Below are positions 44,742 through 56,157 of a stretch of DNA of 64,000 nt, piece by piece; the first letter of the stretch is position 1, and each line of letters begins with the position of its first letter. This DNA is from a virus. The translations under genes were made by a program, and so were the position numbers. The stretch covers positions 29,172 through 93,171 of IMG/VR virus record IMGVR_UViG_3300029822_000003; one strand, given 5' to 3'. The notes beneath the pieces are model-generated. The model ran no database searches and was not told the origin of the DNA. It saw only the letters and a program-made list of their open reading frames with translations.

Positions 44742-45157
44742 TAAATCACATCCTTATCTTTTAATTCTTCCTCTATGTATATATGGCCACCCATGCAAGT
44801 TCTCAAAATATCGTCTCTGTTGTATGCCCCTCTATCTATATTCATAAGCTTTGAAAGGCTTCTTACTGCATTTTGAGATATATCTAACTTCTTTCTTATT
44901 TCTTCTAATGTGTATCTATCTTGATAGAATGTTTCTTCTAGCCATTGTTGAAATTCTAATTTAAGTTTTAAATCTAATTCGTGTCCATGTTTATTATGGA
45001 TAGCATAAGGCTTGTTTCTGTGGCAGTCTTGGCATAAATAAGCTATATTATATTTGCAATGTGCTAGAGGTTTACACTGGCTTTTAAAAATTTTATGGTG
45101 TTTTTCTAGTCGTCTTGTAGAACCACAATTTTCGCAAAACTTATACTCTGTTTCCAT
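44741..45157 (-). CDS. HNH-type Zn-finger nuclease-like protein
   Basis: CENCG....LE.HH.IF...LC..CH. Confidence 0.6.
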   Translation of the reverse strand: METEYKFCENCGSTRRLEKHHKIFKSQCKPLAHCKYNIAYLCQDCHRNKPYAIHNKHGHELDLKLKLEFQQWLEETFYQDRYTLEEIRKKLDISQNAVRSLSKLMNIDRGAYNRDDILRTCMGGHIYIEEELKDKDVI

Positions 45158-45244
45158 TCAACCATCCCTTTGTTATATATGTTTTATATCAACTAGAACA
45201 AAGAGTTTAAAATCGTTCCTCATCCTAGTTGATATACTCACCTT

Positions 45245-46063
45245 TTAAATTTTTAGTTGTTCTTCTATTTTATTTGCTTGCCGCTTTTTTGATTTTCTCT
45301 CGCTCATTCTCTGGTATATATCTGCTATGATAATACCTGTTTTTGTTAAATCAGCATCATTTTGTATTAATTTATTACTGTTTAGAATTAATAGTTGGCG
45401 TCTCGATACTAGGATTAAATTATTAATGTCAAAATTAGTCCTATCTCTATCTCCAAATATTACGGCATGATTTTTGGGAATTTTGCCATTGTGCTTTTCC
45501 CAAACAACTTGATGCTTCAATCTCCACTTGTTAGGTTCTTTAACTTTTACATAAGTGTATCCATCTACGTCTATTCTCTCACTGCCAACTTCTCTATGCT
45601 GAACTGGCACATTTCCTTTTTTAAACCATGTTTTTTCACATCCCTTGGCACATATCCCCTTCATGCCCTTATTGAAAGGAATATTGCCTTTAGGAAAATA
45701 TCCGTTCAATCCACTACTTATATGTTCTCTACATTTTAATGCTTCAATTTGAGAGGTTTTTATTTCCGTTTTGAAATGATTATTGAATTTTTGAGTTAGT
45801 TTTTTATTGCTTAATCCTTTAGCATTATCTTTAACAAATTTAATTTGTTCAGCTGTAAATAATTTTTTTACAAATTTTTTCATTAGTTCGCTGCGGTTTA
45901 TACCACCTTTGAGCCCATGATTTGCCATATAACTTTTAATCTGGCTGCGTGTTATATTTGAATAGAATTTTTTATTAAAAAGTTCTACAATCTCATATGT
46001 TGTTCTTCCACTACAATTATTCTTAATAAACTCTTTTTCTTTATCTGTATATCTATGTGCCAT
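45245..46063 (-). CDS. HNH endonuclease (HNH_3 type)
   Basis: F.KG..P.N; GSERI..DGY..VK; H..VWE...G.IP....V.F.D....N....NL. Confidence 0.8.
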   Translation of the reverse strand: MAHRYTDKEKEFIKNNCSGRTTYEIVELFNKKFYSNITRSQIKSYMANHGLKGGINRSELMKKFVKKLFTAEQIKFVKDNAKGLSNKKLTQKFNNHFKTEIKTSQIEALKCREHISSGLNGYFPKGNIPFNKGMKGICAKGCEKTWFKKGNVPVQHREVGSERIDVDGYTYVKVKEPNKWRLKHQVVWEKHNGKIPKNHAVIFGDRDRTNFDINNLILVSRRQLLILNSNKLIQNDADLTKTGIIIADIYQRMSERKSKKRQANKIEEQLKI

Positions 46064-47204
46064 GTTAGCCCTCCAACATCTTAGGAAGCAATTTACTTTT
46101 GATTTTCTGAGGTATGCTCATGTTTCTCTCCTTCTAGCATTGGCGGTAATTTAATGCTAGTGTCTAATCTATTATCCATAAATTTCTTCGCTGCAAGTAC
46201 TAGCGAACCATTAGATATAATTTGTGTAGCAACCTCATTTACTGCTTTTGCTCTAGTAATTTCCTCTTGAAGCTTTTCGTCTTTTAATTCCTCGTCTCCT
46301 AGTCTTTCTAGCTCGGCAAAAAGATGTAAGTTTAAATCGCCTAATGTATTTCTCATATTAACACTCCTACTTTCTTATTACACTAATACAGTAATGCTGT
46401 GTTTATAATATGGTTATACTGTATTAGTGCTTAATTATAATATATTTGAATTATTTTTAGCCTTCCTGCCTGTAATTGTTCATTTGACCTTCTATACATG
46501 GTTTTGGGGGATTACATTCTTCCTCTCCTCCAACAAAGTAAGGGCATCCATAGCAAATACTATCATCATCCAATAAAAATCTAGGTTCATCTTTCTCAAC
46601 TAATCTTCCATCAATATCGATCATTATACTATTCCTCCTTATTTTTACTTTCTCTTATTTCTTTAATTCTGTAATATTCACTAGCCTTTACTTCTTTAAA
46701 TCCCTCTGGAGTATCATCTTCTTTTAGATTTTTACTTTCAATTTTTACATACCAATTATCTTTATAGAAAAATGCCTGATATCCAGCTCTAGTCCAATGT
46801 AAAGATTTAAAATAATCTCTTATATCTGGCTCATATAGATTTACTACTACCCTTTCATCTATACATCTTTGTTGAAGTTCTTTACTTATACTAGAGTTTT
46901 TCCTAAATTGACGCATATCGTATTTATCAGGTTTGCCAAGCATTTTGCCAAATTTGTTTAAATTATTTTCTGTAGTCTCTACTGATAAAGTGATATTTTT
47001 CTTTTCGTATTCTTCAAACGGCCTATTCATAAAGCCATCCCCACTAATTAAATAGTGCTGTCCATCTATGCCTTTTTCTTTAAAAAACTTATTTATAAAC
47101 TTTTTCTGCTCGTTTGCCTTTTCTATATATCTGTTATAATCTTTTAATCATTTACTTTCCTTAGTTGCTATAAAACATCTTTCCATATTATCCCTCCTAT
47201 TTAA

Positions 47205-47591
47205 TTAGCTCTTTAGCTGTAATCCTTCTTTATTTTCTATATATTTAATTGCATCTGCTTTGGTATCAAACTCGCTGTATTTAACAAATCCATTTTCCTC
47301 ATGTCCTAGTTTTATTTCTTCATCATAATAATTTATAACTATATTCCATTTGTGCGATGTTCTGTTGAATTTTGGTCTGGCTTCATAGGTTTTAGGTTCT
47401 TTCAATTCGTAAGTTGCTACTTGTTTACTTGTTAAAGGTTGTTCGTATTCCAAATATCCATAAGCTTCAGCCTTTATCTCTGGTACATATGTTTTTAAAT
47501 CAAAGTTTTCTATATTTACAGGCTTGTTATCTTTAGGTTTAGGATATGTGCCTATGCTTACAGGTCTTTCAGTTGAATAATATTTATACAT
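47205..47591 (-). CDS. DarA C-terminal-like domain protein
   Basis: Y....RP.SIGTYP......AYG.LEY..PLT..Q...YEL. Confidence 0.55.
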   Translation of the reverse strand: MYKYYSTERPVSIGTYPKPKDNKPVNIENFDLKTYVPEIKAEAYGYLEYEQPLTSKQVATYELKEPKTYEARPKFNRTSHKWNIVINYYDEEIKLGHEENGFVKYSEFDTKADAIKYIENKEGLQLKS

Positions 47592-47885
47592 ATTTAATCC
47601 TCCTATCTATTCCCAGTTAATTAACATTCCTAAATCTGTTTTCAAACTTATAAGTTGTTTATATGAAAGTCCTTCAATTTTACTCTCAACATCTTCTTTC
47701 TTGTTTCCTAGTTCAATAGATAAATCAATTACTTCTTCCTTAATTTTTTCTAAATCATTCATAACAAGTTCTCCTACTATATTAGTACTTTAAAACAGTG
47801 GTACAGCTTATTTAAAGCTATCCAATTTTTAGTAGACTAATTATACCTTTTAGTTATTATTTTTTAAATAAGCCATACTCTTGCT

Positions 47886-48158
47886 TCACATATCGGCTTC
47901 TATTCTCTTTTTCAGCCTATCAATTTTATAATCCAGCCAATAGTTCATCTTTTTCATATCGTAAATATTAAATAACTGCTCAATCATAATCAGTACATCT
48001 GCAATTTCTTCTTCTGCGTTATGTTGTTTTCTATTTAAATCCTTGCAGATAGCTTGAATAAGTTCTGAACATTCTTCAATAGCCTGCTTCTTTTGAGATT
48101 CTTCTCCATAGTGCTTTACCGCTTCTTGACATATTCCTTTTAATTTGTTTATATTCAA
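47886..48158 (-). CDS. MazG-like nucleotide pyrophosphohydrolase
   Basis: Q...AIEEC.EL.QAI.K....EEIADV.IM..QL. Confidence 0.75.
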   Translation of the reverse strand: MNINKLKGICQEAVKHYGEESQKKQAIEECSELIQAICKDLNRKQHNAEEEIADVLIMIEQLFNIYDMKKMNYWLDYKIDRLKKRIEADM

Positions 48159-48455
48159 TTATTTATCCTCACTTTCTCTGTTTATAATCTTATTTAATGT
48201 ATCTAATACCATTTTTAATCCATTTGTCTCTCCTTCCAACCTTCCACAATTCCATATATTCATGCAACCACCTTTCCTTTTATCAATTTCTTTTATTTTT
48301 TCTTCTATTTTTTTATGAAGTTCTTTTATGTCAAAAGTACTCTGTTGTGTTATGCATACACTACAACTACATCTTGCACATTCCATCGTTTTCCCCTGTT
48401 CATCTATCATTTCATCACATTTTTTTCTATCTTCTTTTTGTTGTCTAGTTAGCAT

Positions 48456-48917
48456 TTATTTATCCTCCTTAAAACCATAATTCCATAATCTCTGTTGTCC
48501 TTTTACTGGTATAGGTTCTTTTAACATTTCGGTATCATCAAGTTTCCAAGCATATCTGCCTTTTGTATAATCGCCAAATTTAAGCTCGTTTCCAATTATT
48601 TCTGTATCATCTTCTAAAACTGCTTTTGTAATTCCTATTCCAAAATCTAATGTTGATTCTTTTACTTTTAAACAGTCCGCAAGATTTACTTTTGCGATTA
48701 TAAGTCCTAATGGTAATTTATCTCTAGTTGTATATCCATGTTTCTCTAGTATGCATCCGAAAGAATCTAACTCACATAAATGCATATACTGTATTCCTTT
48801 TCCTGCATGAATCAATAAATCCCCTCTATATTTTGTTGGCCAGCATCTAGTCTCAAAATGTTTTTCTCCTAATGCTATTAGAGTTGCAAAAGGTTGCATT
48901 ATTGTTATAACTTTCAA
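48456..48917 (-). CDS. ASCH-domain protein
   Basis: MK.ITI.QP.A.LI..G.K..ETR.W.T.YRG.L.IHAGK...KGQQ.LW. Confidence 0.88.
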   Translation of the reverse strand: MKVITIMQPFATLIALGEKHFETRCWPTKYRGDLLIHAGKGIQYMHLCELDSFGCILEKHGYTTRDKLPLGLIIAKVNLADCLKVKESTLDFGIGITKAVLEDDTEIIGNELKFGDYTKGRYAWKLDDTEMLKEPIPVKGQQRLWNYGFKEDK

Positions 48918-49785
48918 TTATTTATCCTCACTTTCTTCTACTCCGCTATCTTTTAAAGCATTTAATTTTTTCTCACTTTCTAAAAGTCCTTCGTATTCAT
49001 CTTTAGAAATTGTAATCTCGTCTTCACTTACAGGTATTTCTATTTTTATATTAAGGCTATCAATGTACTTGTATATCTCTTCAATCTTGCTACACACAGT
49101 TTCAAAGTCCTTTAATCCTGTACCTATAACCTCTCTATTTACTAACCCCTTTAATGCTCCCTGTGGCGTTGAATAGTAACCTAGTCTTTTCCATGTTTCT
49201 TCACCTTCGGTATTAGCTCTTTTTAAGATACATATATTCCTACTGTCTACCGCTTCAATTTTAATATCTTCGTTTATTTTCAATTATTTATCCTCCTTAT
49301 CTGTCTTTTCGTCTTTCTTGTCAAACCTTCCACATTTATTGCAGTGAACACATGTTTCTCCAAAACTTTCTTCTAGGTTCTCACAGTTTTCCAATGCTCC
49401 TATTTCATCAAATACCATCATTTATTTATCTCCCTTCACTTTTTTTATAGCTTCTATAATTCCACATCCTATCTCGCAATACATTAATGCTAAATTTATC
49501 TTGTCTTTTAAAAGATTTTCTTTAACTTTTAGCTTCTTTTCCGCATCTGGAGAATAGGTGTCACATATTGTTGAATACATTATTTACTCACCTTCTTTAA
49601 AATATTAAGATATTCCCGCATTGGCATTTTATAAAAGCATCTTCATTATAAGAATCTGTTTTAAGTTCAATTCCTTTTTTATTAATAACAGGCTCTTTAA
49701 ATTTCCATTTCTTGTTCTTTTTATTTGCTACTTGAATAGCCTTGCCACATTTGTTACATTTAATGGTAAAACCTTCATTGCTCAT

Positions 49786-50172
49786 TTAATCACCTTCTTT
49801 CAAAAGCTCTGGATTTTCATATATATTGCCTATTAATTCACATTTGCAGAACCCTAAATAGCATACTTTAAAGGGAGCTTTTTCTGATATATTTTTTGAA
49901 TCCCAATATCCTTTTTCATCAAAATATACTTTAGTTGTTGTAAATGGCGTATTCTTTTTCCCATAAAAGGCTTGTAAAATATCGCCCTCATATATCTCTT
50001 TACCGTTCTTATCTTTTAATCCTGTATATTGCCTGGCAACAATTAAGTGCCATGTAGGTGGCATGGTATTTTCTTTTACTCCATCTAGTAACTCATCTAA
50101 TGTCCATTTCTTTTCCACAATATCTCCTGTTGAATCGTGTTGAAATAATAAGCTGAATTTAATATCTCTCAA
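49786..50172 (-). CDS. YopX family protein
   Basis: QYTGLKDKNGKEIYEGDI...IGNIYENPELL. Confidence 0.88.
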   Translation of the reverse strand: MRDIKFSLLFQHDSTGDIVEKKWTLDELLDGVKENTMPPTWHLIVARQYTGLKDKNGKEIYEGDILQAFYGKKNTPFTTTKVYFDEKGYWDSKNISEKAPFKVCYLGFCKCELIGNIYENPELLKEGD

Positions 50173-51255
50173 TGTTTATACCTCCAATTCTTTTAATGTT
50201 TGGCCACAATGCCTACAATATTTATCTCTTTTGGTAATCTTACCTTTACATCTTGGACACTTATAATATTTTCTGCCATTATATTCAAGACAAATAATAT
50301 CTTTCTCGTCTTGGAAATTATGGCCTTTCCTAACTAAATTCTTCACAGGTTCAATCCTAAATTGTCCATGCTCCCAATCACTTCCTATCCCTGCACATGA
50401 AACTTCACTAGAAGCTCTAGCACCTGCCGACCATTCAGATAAAGTTATTAAGACTTCTATATCTTTAGGATTTTCGTATTCGTGTAATTGACTAATTGCA
50501 AAATCAACATCATGTTTTAATTCTTCTAAATTCATTTTCAATCCCTCCTATCCTAAAATTGATACATCTTTGGTAAATATATCTCTAAAGTTTACATTCT
50601 TTGGATAATTGCATTTAACAGTAATAAAATAATTTGTAATTTGTATTACTTTCCCTTCACTTTGACCTTTGTTGTCTTTGAATTTAAGTATTTCGTTAAC
50701 ATTTATTTCTTTTAAAATTTCACTTTTTAATTTTGCATATTTTATCTCTGCTTCAGTAGCCGACTTTTTCATTTCCACCATTCCTTGGAAATTGTGGTTA
50801 AAAAACTTTCTGTCAAGTACATCATTTTCCTTTGAATTTATAAACTTATGGCATGGAGCCGGACAATTCTCTTTCCCACACTCTATACAACATTTAAACT
50901 TTTTTACCTCCATCTTTTTTATCCCCCTCTGATAATTCACTTAAAAGATTTAATATTCTATTGTAATTATCTAAATCTATTTTATTAGTTGTGTTTGATA
51001 TGGCATCCACAGTAATATTAAATATCTCCATAAGTACTTCTTTAAAATTTATATTAAACCCATTAGAAATTTGATTTTCTGTCATATTCTCTCGAGTCAT
51101 ATTTTTATATTCTTCCATAAGTCCACTTAATTGTTTTATTATTTTTGTATAGTCTGAAAGCCACTTGTCTACTTCTTTGCTGTTTGCTTTCTGCATCCAT
51201 TGTTCCGCTTTTTGTTCTCTTTCTAAAAGCTTGCTATACTTTATTTTAATTTCTT

Positions 51256-53076
51256 CTAATCCCAAGGTGCTTTTTCTTCTACCTCCTCATATTCTTCCTT
51301 TTTGTTGGTTTTAAGCCATCCATATTTTTTATTTCCTTCGCGTGAATTGCCATACATTCTCTTACTGTCCTTGTCAAATAATAATGGTATAGTCATATCT
51401 TGAACACCATACATTCTGTTTTTTAATATGGAAAGCTTGTTATCATAATCATGTAATTTGTCTTTATAGTTGCCATCTTTATCTACACTTTTATTTACCC
51501 TGGACATTGAAAATACATTATCTGCTCTATTTGTTATATCTCCAGTACCGCTAATATCATTTTTCTGTATGTCTCCAAATTGCTTTCTAGGATGTGCTAC
51601 TAAGTTGATGTGTACATTGTATCTATTTGCAAAATCTATTAATTCACCAACAAATGCACTCTGCTGCCTATAATAATCTCTTTCGCCACCATCATAAAAT
51701 GTAGTCATAAGATTATCCACCAGGAACATCTTACAATCATATCTTTTGACGGCATATTCAAATACTTTTAAAAGTTCTGTATTCTTAGTACTTCCAAAAC
51801 TATCATGTAAAAATAATTTATCATAGTACCATGATCGCATTTTTACTTTATCTTGCTTTGAAACTTTAGGCATATCTTTTTCAAGTATAGGGTTGTACTC
51901 ATAAACTAAATTATCTTTTCCTGCCATTTGCAACTCTATCCAGTTTCTAAATCTTTGGCTTGAAAGTTCTCCAGAATATGCACATACTCCAAATCCTTGG
52001 TCTATAGCTTCAATTACTAATTGCCCTAAGAGGGTACTTTTACCGCTTGCGTTAGCACCGGTCCAAACACTTAGTTCTCCTAATGCTAGGCCTCCTATTG
52101 CTTTATCTAAATCACATATACCAGTTCTTATTTTAGGTATCTTGCTAAAATCTATATCTTCTACATCCGCAAGGCGTACAAGTCCTTGTATTGGCACTTC
52201 TCTTGCAGAATTAAACAATTCTAAAACTTTTTCTTTTCCGTCTTTATATAAAGTAACATTTGCATCTTTCCTATTTCCATCTACTATCCAGCATCTTTCT
52301 ACACCTAGTCTATTTATAATACTTCTCACCATTTCTTGGCCAGCGGTATCTTTATCTCCCCAAATAATTATTTTCTTAAATTTTTCAAGCCATTCCCAAC
52401 AAATATCTATCCATGTTAAATCTTGTGAGCCACTTGGAACTGAAACAACATTTTCTATTCCACACGTAGCAAGTGCAAGTGTATCCGGCTCACCCTCTGT
52501 CAAAGTGAGAGGTTTGCCTTCATCACACAACCACATTCCCCATAATACTGGTTTTGTATCTGTTTCACGCCATGATTTTATTTTGTCTTTTCCTTTTATG
52601 TATTTATGTGAAAGTTTAAATTTATTCATAACGTGGTTGTTGTTTTCATCATAGTAGGGAAATATTATATTGCCATGTTCATCTGCCCCAACTTTATACT
52701 TTTTTATAGCTTCATCACTTATTTTCCGTAAATGTAAATAGTCTAATACTTTTTCCGTGGGAGTAAGCGGCGTTATAGCAGGTTTTTTATAATTTTTAAT
52801 TTTAGGTTTTTTATATTCATAGTTTTCTTTCTTTTTTTCAAATTCTAGTGAGCTATCAGCTTTCTCTCCAAATTCTTCACATAACTGCCAAAATGCTCCA
52901 GACACTCCACAGCTTCCTCTTTTACAGTTATAAGTATGTTTATCCATGTTGAGTGCGAAACTATACTGGTCATGGTGTGAACCTCCGTGACATTCTGGAC
53001 AATATTTTGGAATTATTTCAGAACCTTTTATTTTATATTTACCTAAATGTCTATTTGCAAATTCTAATTCATCCAA
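51256..53076 (-). CDS. Toprim primase - SF4 helicase fusion (T7 gp4/Twinkle-like)
   Basis: N-terminal CP.C Zn ribbon, EGE.D, D.D.AG, KDAN, G..ASGKS, VDNL, LVAHPRK, SGT.DITNRADN. Confidence 0.9.
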   Translation of the reverse strand: MDELEFANRHLGKYKIKGSEIIPKYCPECHGGSHHDQYSFALNMDKHTYNCKRGSCGVSGAFWQLCEEFGEKADSSLEFEKKKENYEYKKPKIKNYKKPAITPLTPTEKVLDYLHLRKISDEAIKKYKVGADEHGNIIFPYYDENNNHVMNKFKLSHKYIKGKDKIKSWRETDTKPVLWGMWLCDEGKPLTLTEGEPDTLALATCGIENVVSVPSGSQDLTWIDICWEWLEKFKKIIIWGDKDTAGQEMVRSIINRLGVERCWIVDGNRKDANVTLYKDGKEKVLELFNSAREVPIQGLVRLADVEDIDFSKIPKIRTGICDLDKAIGGLALGELSVWTGANASGKSTLLGQLVIEAIDQGFGVCAYSGELSSQRFRNWIELQMAGKDNLVYEYNPILEKDMPKVSKQDKVKMRSWYYDKLFLHDSFGSTKNTELLKVFEYAVKRYDCKMFLVDNLMTTFYDGGERDYYRQQSAFVGELIDFANRYNVHINLVAHPRKQFGDIQKNDISGTGDITNRADNVFSMSRVNKSVDKDGNYKDKLHDYDNKLSILKNRMYGVQDMTIPLLFDKDSKRMYGNSREGNKKYGWLKTNKKEEYEEVEEKAPWD

Positions 53077-53129
53077 GGCTATCTCCTCAATTCATGGAAT
53101 ATATTTCTTTTCACATTTAATGCCTCCTT

Positions 53130-53939
53130 TTAAATCCTTTCTATAGGTCTGTCTAATCCTACTATGGTTTGATTGCTATATTGTGTATCGGTCTTTTCTT
53201 TTTTTAAAGGAAACACGCTGCACCAACTATTTAAAATACTTTGATTAAGTAATTCTATTTTCTCTGTATCTGTAGAACCTAATTTATCTAATTTGCCTGT
53301 AAGCAAATTCATAGCTTTATCTGTCATAGGCTTTTTAATAGACTTTCTCATTTTAATAAAATCTCTAAGTGTTTCTTTTAGCTCTTCATTACTGGTATAA
53401 TAATCTATTAAAATATCTAATCCAGTTTCCTTTTTCTTTTTTTTATTTTCTATCTCTTTATCTTTTTCTATATCTATATCTCTAGCTCTATCTCTTTCTC
53501 TAAATTCTATCTCTTTCTCTGTTTGGAGTTTTTTTGGAATTAGTTTGGAATTACTTTGGAGATTTTCCAATTCAGGAGATTTTCTTTTATATTTAGCCCA
53601 TTTACTTTCAGAGCCAACCATATTTTGCAGTTGTGTTAAATATATTTCTCCGTTTTCTAAAATTTGTACTAAGTTTGCTTTTTTTAATAATTCCATAGCA
53701 ACTCTAACAGTATCTATATCAGTTCTAGTTAATTCAGCTATTTTTTTTGCACTGTAAGGTATCAGCATATTACCTACTGTCCTTATTAATAAGCCATTTC
53801 CTTTTAAAGATTTTAAGCATAGTTTCAAATAAAACAATGCATACTCGCTTCCATTTGGTTGTTCTTCTATCCATTGGATAGCATCATCATCAAAGAAATT
53901 TTCTTTAAGTTTTAACCAATAATATTTTTTATCTGCCAC
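53130..53939 (-). CDS. Phage replisome organiser (Phage_rep_org_N) initiator
   Basis: YYWLKL.ENFFDD..I..IE..PNG..Y..FYLKL.L; charged repeat linker. Confidence 0.85.
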   Translation of the reverse strand: MADKKYYWLKLKENFFDDDAIQWIEEQPNGSEYALFYLKLCLKSLKGNGLLIRTVGNMLIPYSAKKIAELTRTDIDTVRVAMELLKKANLVQILENGEIYLTQLQNMVGSESKWAKYKRKSPELENLQSNSKLIPKKLQTEKEIEFRERDRARDIDIEKDKEIENKKKKKETGLDILIDYYTSNEELKETLRDFIKMRKSIKKPMTDKAMNLLTGKLDKLGSTDTEKIELLNQSILNSWCSVFPLKKEKTDTQYSNQTIVGLDRPIERI

Positions 53940-53953
53940 TTTATCACCTGCTT

Positions 53954-54118
53954 TTAAGCTTCTCTTTTTTCTACTTCAGTTATCTTTTCTTCTATTGCAT
54001 CTATTATAAATTCCTTTAAAGTCTTGTTGTTATCCTTTTTAGCAGCCTTCTTCATTCTTTCATGGAAAAGAGCTGGCATAACTACAGGACAATTTATAAC
54101 TCTATTTTCTATATTCAT
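53954..54118 (-). CDS. Ribbon-helix-helix-like protein (54 aa, not in ORF track)
   Basis: MNIENRVINCPVVMPALFHERMKKAAKKDNNKTLKEFIIDAIEEKI. Confidence 0.55.
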   Translation of the reverse strand: MNIENRVINCPVVMPALFHERMKKAAKKDNNKTLKEFIIDAIEEKITEVEKREA

Positions 54119-54252
54119 TATTACACCTCTTTTCTACTAACACCTTACTTATATTATACTATAAAACCTATTTACTCGCTATAAACATATTATTAAATAT
54201 CGAGTGATTCAAGCTTGTAGCGAGTAAATAGGCGTGATTTTTCCTTTATTTC

Positions 54253-54528
54253 TTAGTTTATCTGATTATTTAAGGATGCCCTAATTTGTAAATATTTCTT
54301 TCTTGTAGCTTCACCGCCCCTAATGTTTCTAACACTTTTATGGTAGTCCAAAACTTCTCTTACTGCTTCTGCAAGTAAAGGACTTACTTTGGGTAATCTT
54401 TCTATGCAATCCTTGTGTACGGTACTCTTGCTATATCCAAATACTACAGCGGTTTGCCTTATAGTTGTACCATGTGTTGAAATATAATTTCCTACTTCTT
54501 TAACTCTCTCTTCCATATAATTATCCAT
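54253..54528 (-). CDS. spoIIID: Sporulation transcription factor SpoIIID homolog
   Basis: EER....G.YI.....T.RQ.A..FG.SKSTVHKD..ERLP.....LA..V..VLDYH.S.R.IRGGEAT.KKY. Confidence 0.92.
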   Translation of the reverse strand: MDNYMEERVKEVGNYISTHGTTIRQTAVVFGYSKSTVHKDCIERLPKVSPLLAEAVREVLDYHKSVRNIRGGEATRKKYLQIRASLNNQIN

Positions 54529-55437
54529 GGTTAATCCTCCTTTATAAACCATTTGCCATTGATCATTTCTCTTTGTGCATCTTCACTCTTTACGCCCAAT
54601 ATGCTAATAACTTCTTTTAAAGAATTATATATGTTCCAACTTTTATATCTTATTAGTTTTCCGCTATTTACAGCTTCCATAAAATTCACCGGTTCTTGTG
54701 CTAGTTCCCATTCCTCGAATCCTGTAAGGTCTGATGCTTTGCACCTATTTATCATTAATCCGTAATATGGTCCTTCATCATTTCCAAATAGCTCTAATTT
54801 AGCTACTTGACCTTTTAAAGATGTATCTGTAATGCTTTTAGTGCATTTAAATTTCTTTCCTACAAGTTCTTTCCCTTTTGCGAGTATGTCTATAGTTTTT
54901 AACACCCTACCATCCCTTCCTTTATCTTTCGAGCTTTTTCTAGTCTACAAGTTGCAGCCACCCACAAATCCTCACACAAATCTATTTCTTGCCTTACAAG
55001 TACAGGTAGTGAACTATTCGTAAATATACCCATAAGGTGTAACATATGTTTTGCAACTGTTAAATTTGCATACTCTGCTAATATAATTTCTGCGTTTCTC
55101 TCATTATTACATATAGAATATTTTGAAACTTTGTCACCTTCATAGAATGGCTTTATATATAATTCCTCAAAAGCAACATTGTATTCTTCTCCTCTTAGAG
55201 TTCTAATTATCATCCTTAGTTACTCCTTTCTTTACCACAGTTCCTAATACAACTTTCTTCTTACCTTTCTTTATACTTCCAACACAAACTCGTATTTTCA
55301 TTTTATCACCCCTTTATTTAATCATACAGGCTATTTTAAGAACGTTATTCGCTCTAGGCATATATTTGTATGTCTAAAATATAGTTGCTCAAAATAGCCT
55401 TGTTTCACTCAATATAAACTTATTTCATTTTACAATT

Positions 55438-56139
55438 TTATTTAACTTCTTTCTGGCAATCCATACACAAAGACTGCCCAAACTTACTTTTACTATAGCT
55501 TGCTACTTTTTCTGGTATATCTCTTCCGCATTTTTTACATTTAAAATTATTTGATTTAATAGTTGACTTATTTTCTTTGCTTTGAGCATTATGATTATTT
55601 GTAAAATTCCCAACTGTAGATTTTCCAAATGAATATCTAACTTTGTTATTTCCATCTACTATTTCTAATTCTTTTATTTCTCTATTTTCTGTATATCCTA
55701 TAGATTTAACTTTAAAATGTACTCTTGGTGATAAAGCAATACTGCTACCTTTTTGATAAGTTTCTCCCTGCTCTAAATTAATCCAAATAAAAGGAGATGT
55801 ATAAAGTTCTCTGCCTATTCCAACATTAAATCCTGCTCTTTTAAACGCATCACTTGCCTGTCCCTTTTCTTTTTCCGTATAACTTTCTACTCCTACATCC
55901 TGCTTTCTAATCCATTGCTTTTTCTCGTCATCCCAAATATCGATATTGCAAAATAATCGTCCATTTATAAGTTCGTGAGTTCTTTTCCAGCCTGTCATTC
56001 CAAATGTTTCATCAAGCATTTTCATATCAACCCTTGCGTCTTTATATAACAGTAATATGCATCCTGTGCTTGACTTTGTTTGTTTTACTGACTGTACACG
56101 TACCTCAATTTCACCTGGTGTTAAAAGCCTTATATCCAT
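55438..56139 (-). CDS. Sak/Rad52-like ssDNA annealing protein
   Basis: LLLYKDAR.D...LDE..G..GW; K.DVG.ES....EKG.ASDAFKRA....GIGRELY. Confidence 0.85.
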   Translation of the reverse strand: MDIRLLTPGEIEVRVQSVKQTKSSTGCILLLYKDARVDMKMLDETFGMTGWKRTHELINGRLFCNIDIWDDEKKQWIRKQDVGVESYTEKEKGQASDAFKRAGFNVGIGRELYTSPFIWINLEQGETYQKGSSIALSPRVHFKVKSIGYTENREIKELEIVDGNNKVRYSFGKSTVGNFTNNHNAQSKENKSTIKSNNFKCKKCGRDIPEKVASYSKSKFGQSLCMDCQKEVK

Positions 56140-56157
56140 CTATTTTGCCTCCCTATA

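Noticed and set aside
55329-55400. Long imperfect inverted repeat (similar ones near 28172-28230 and 35710-35775)
   Set aside because: It could be a single-strand origin or terminator, but nothing in the sequence supports a specific call.
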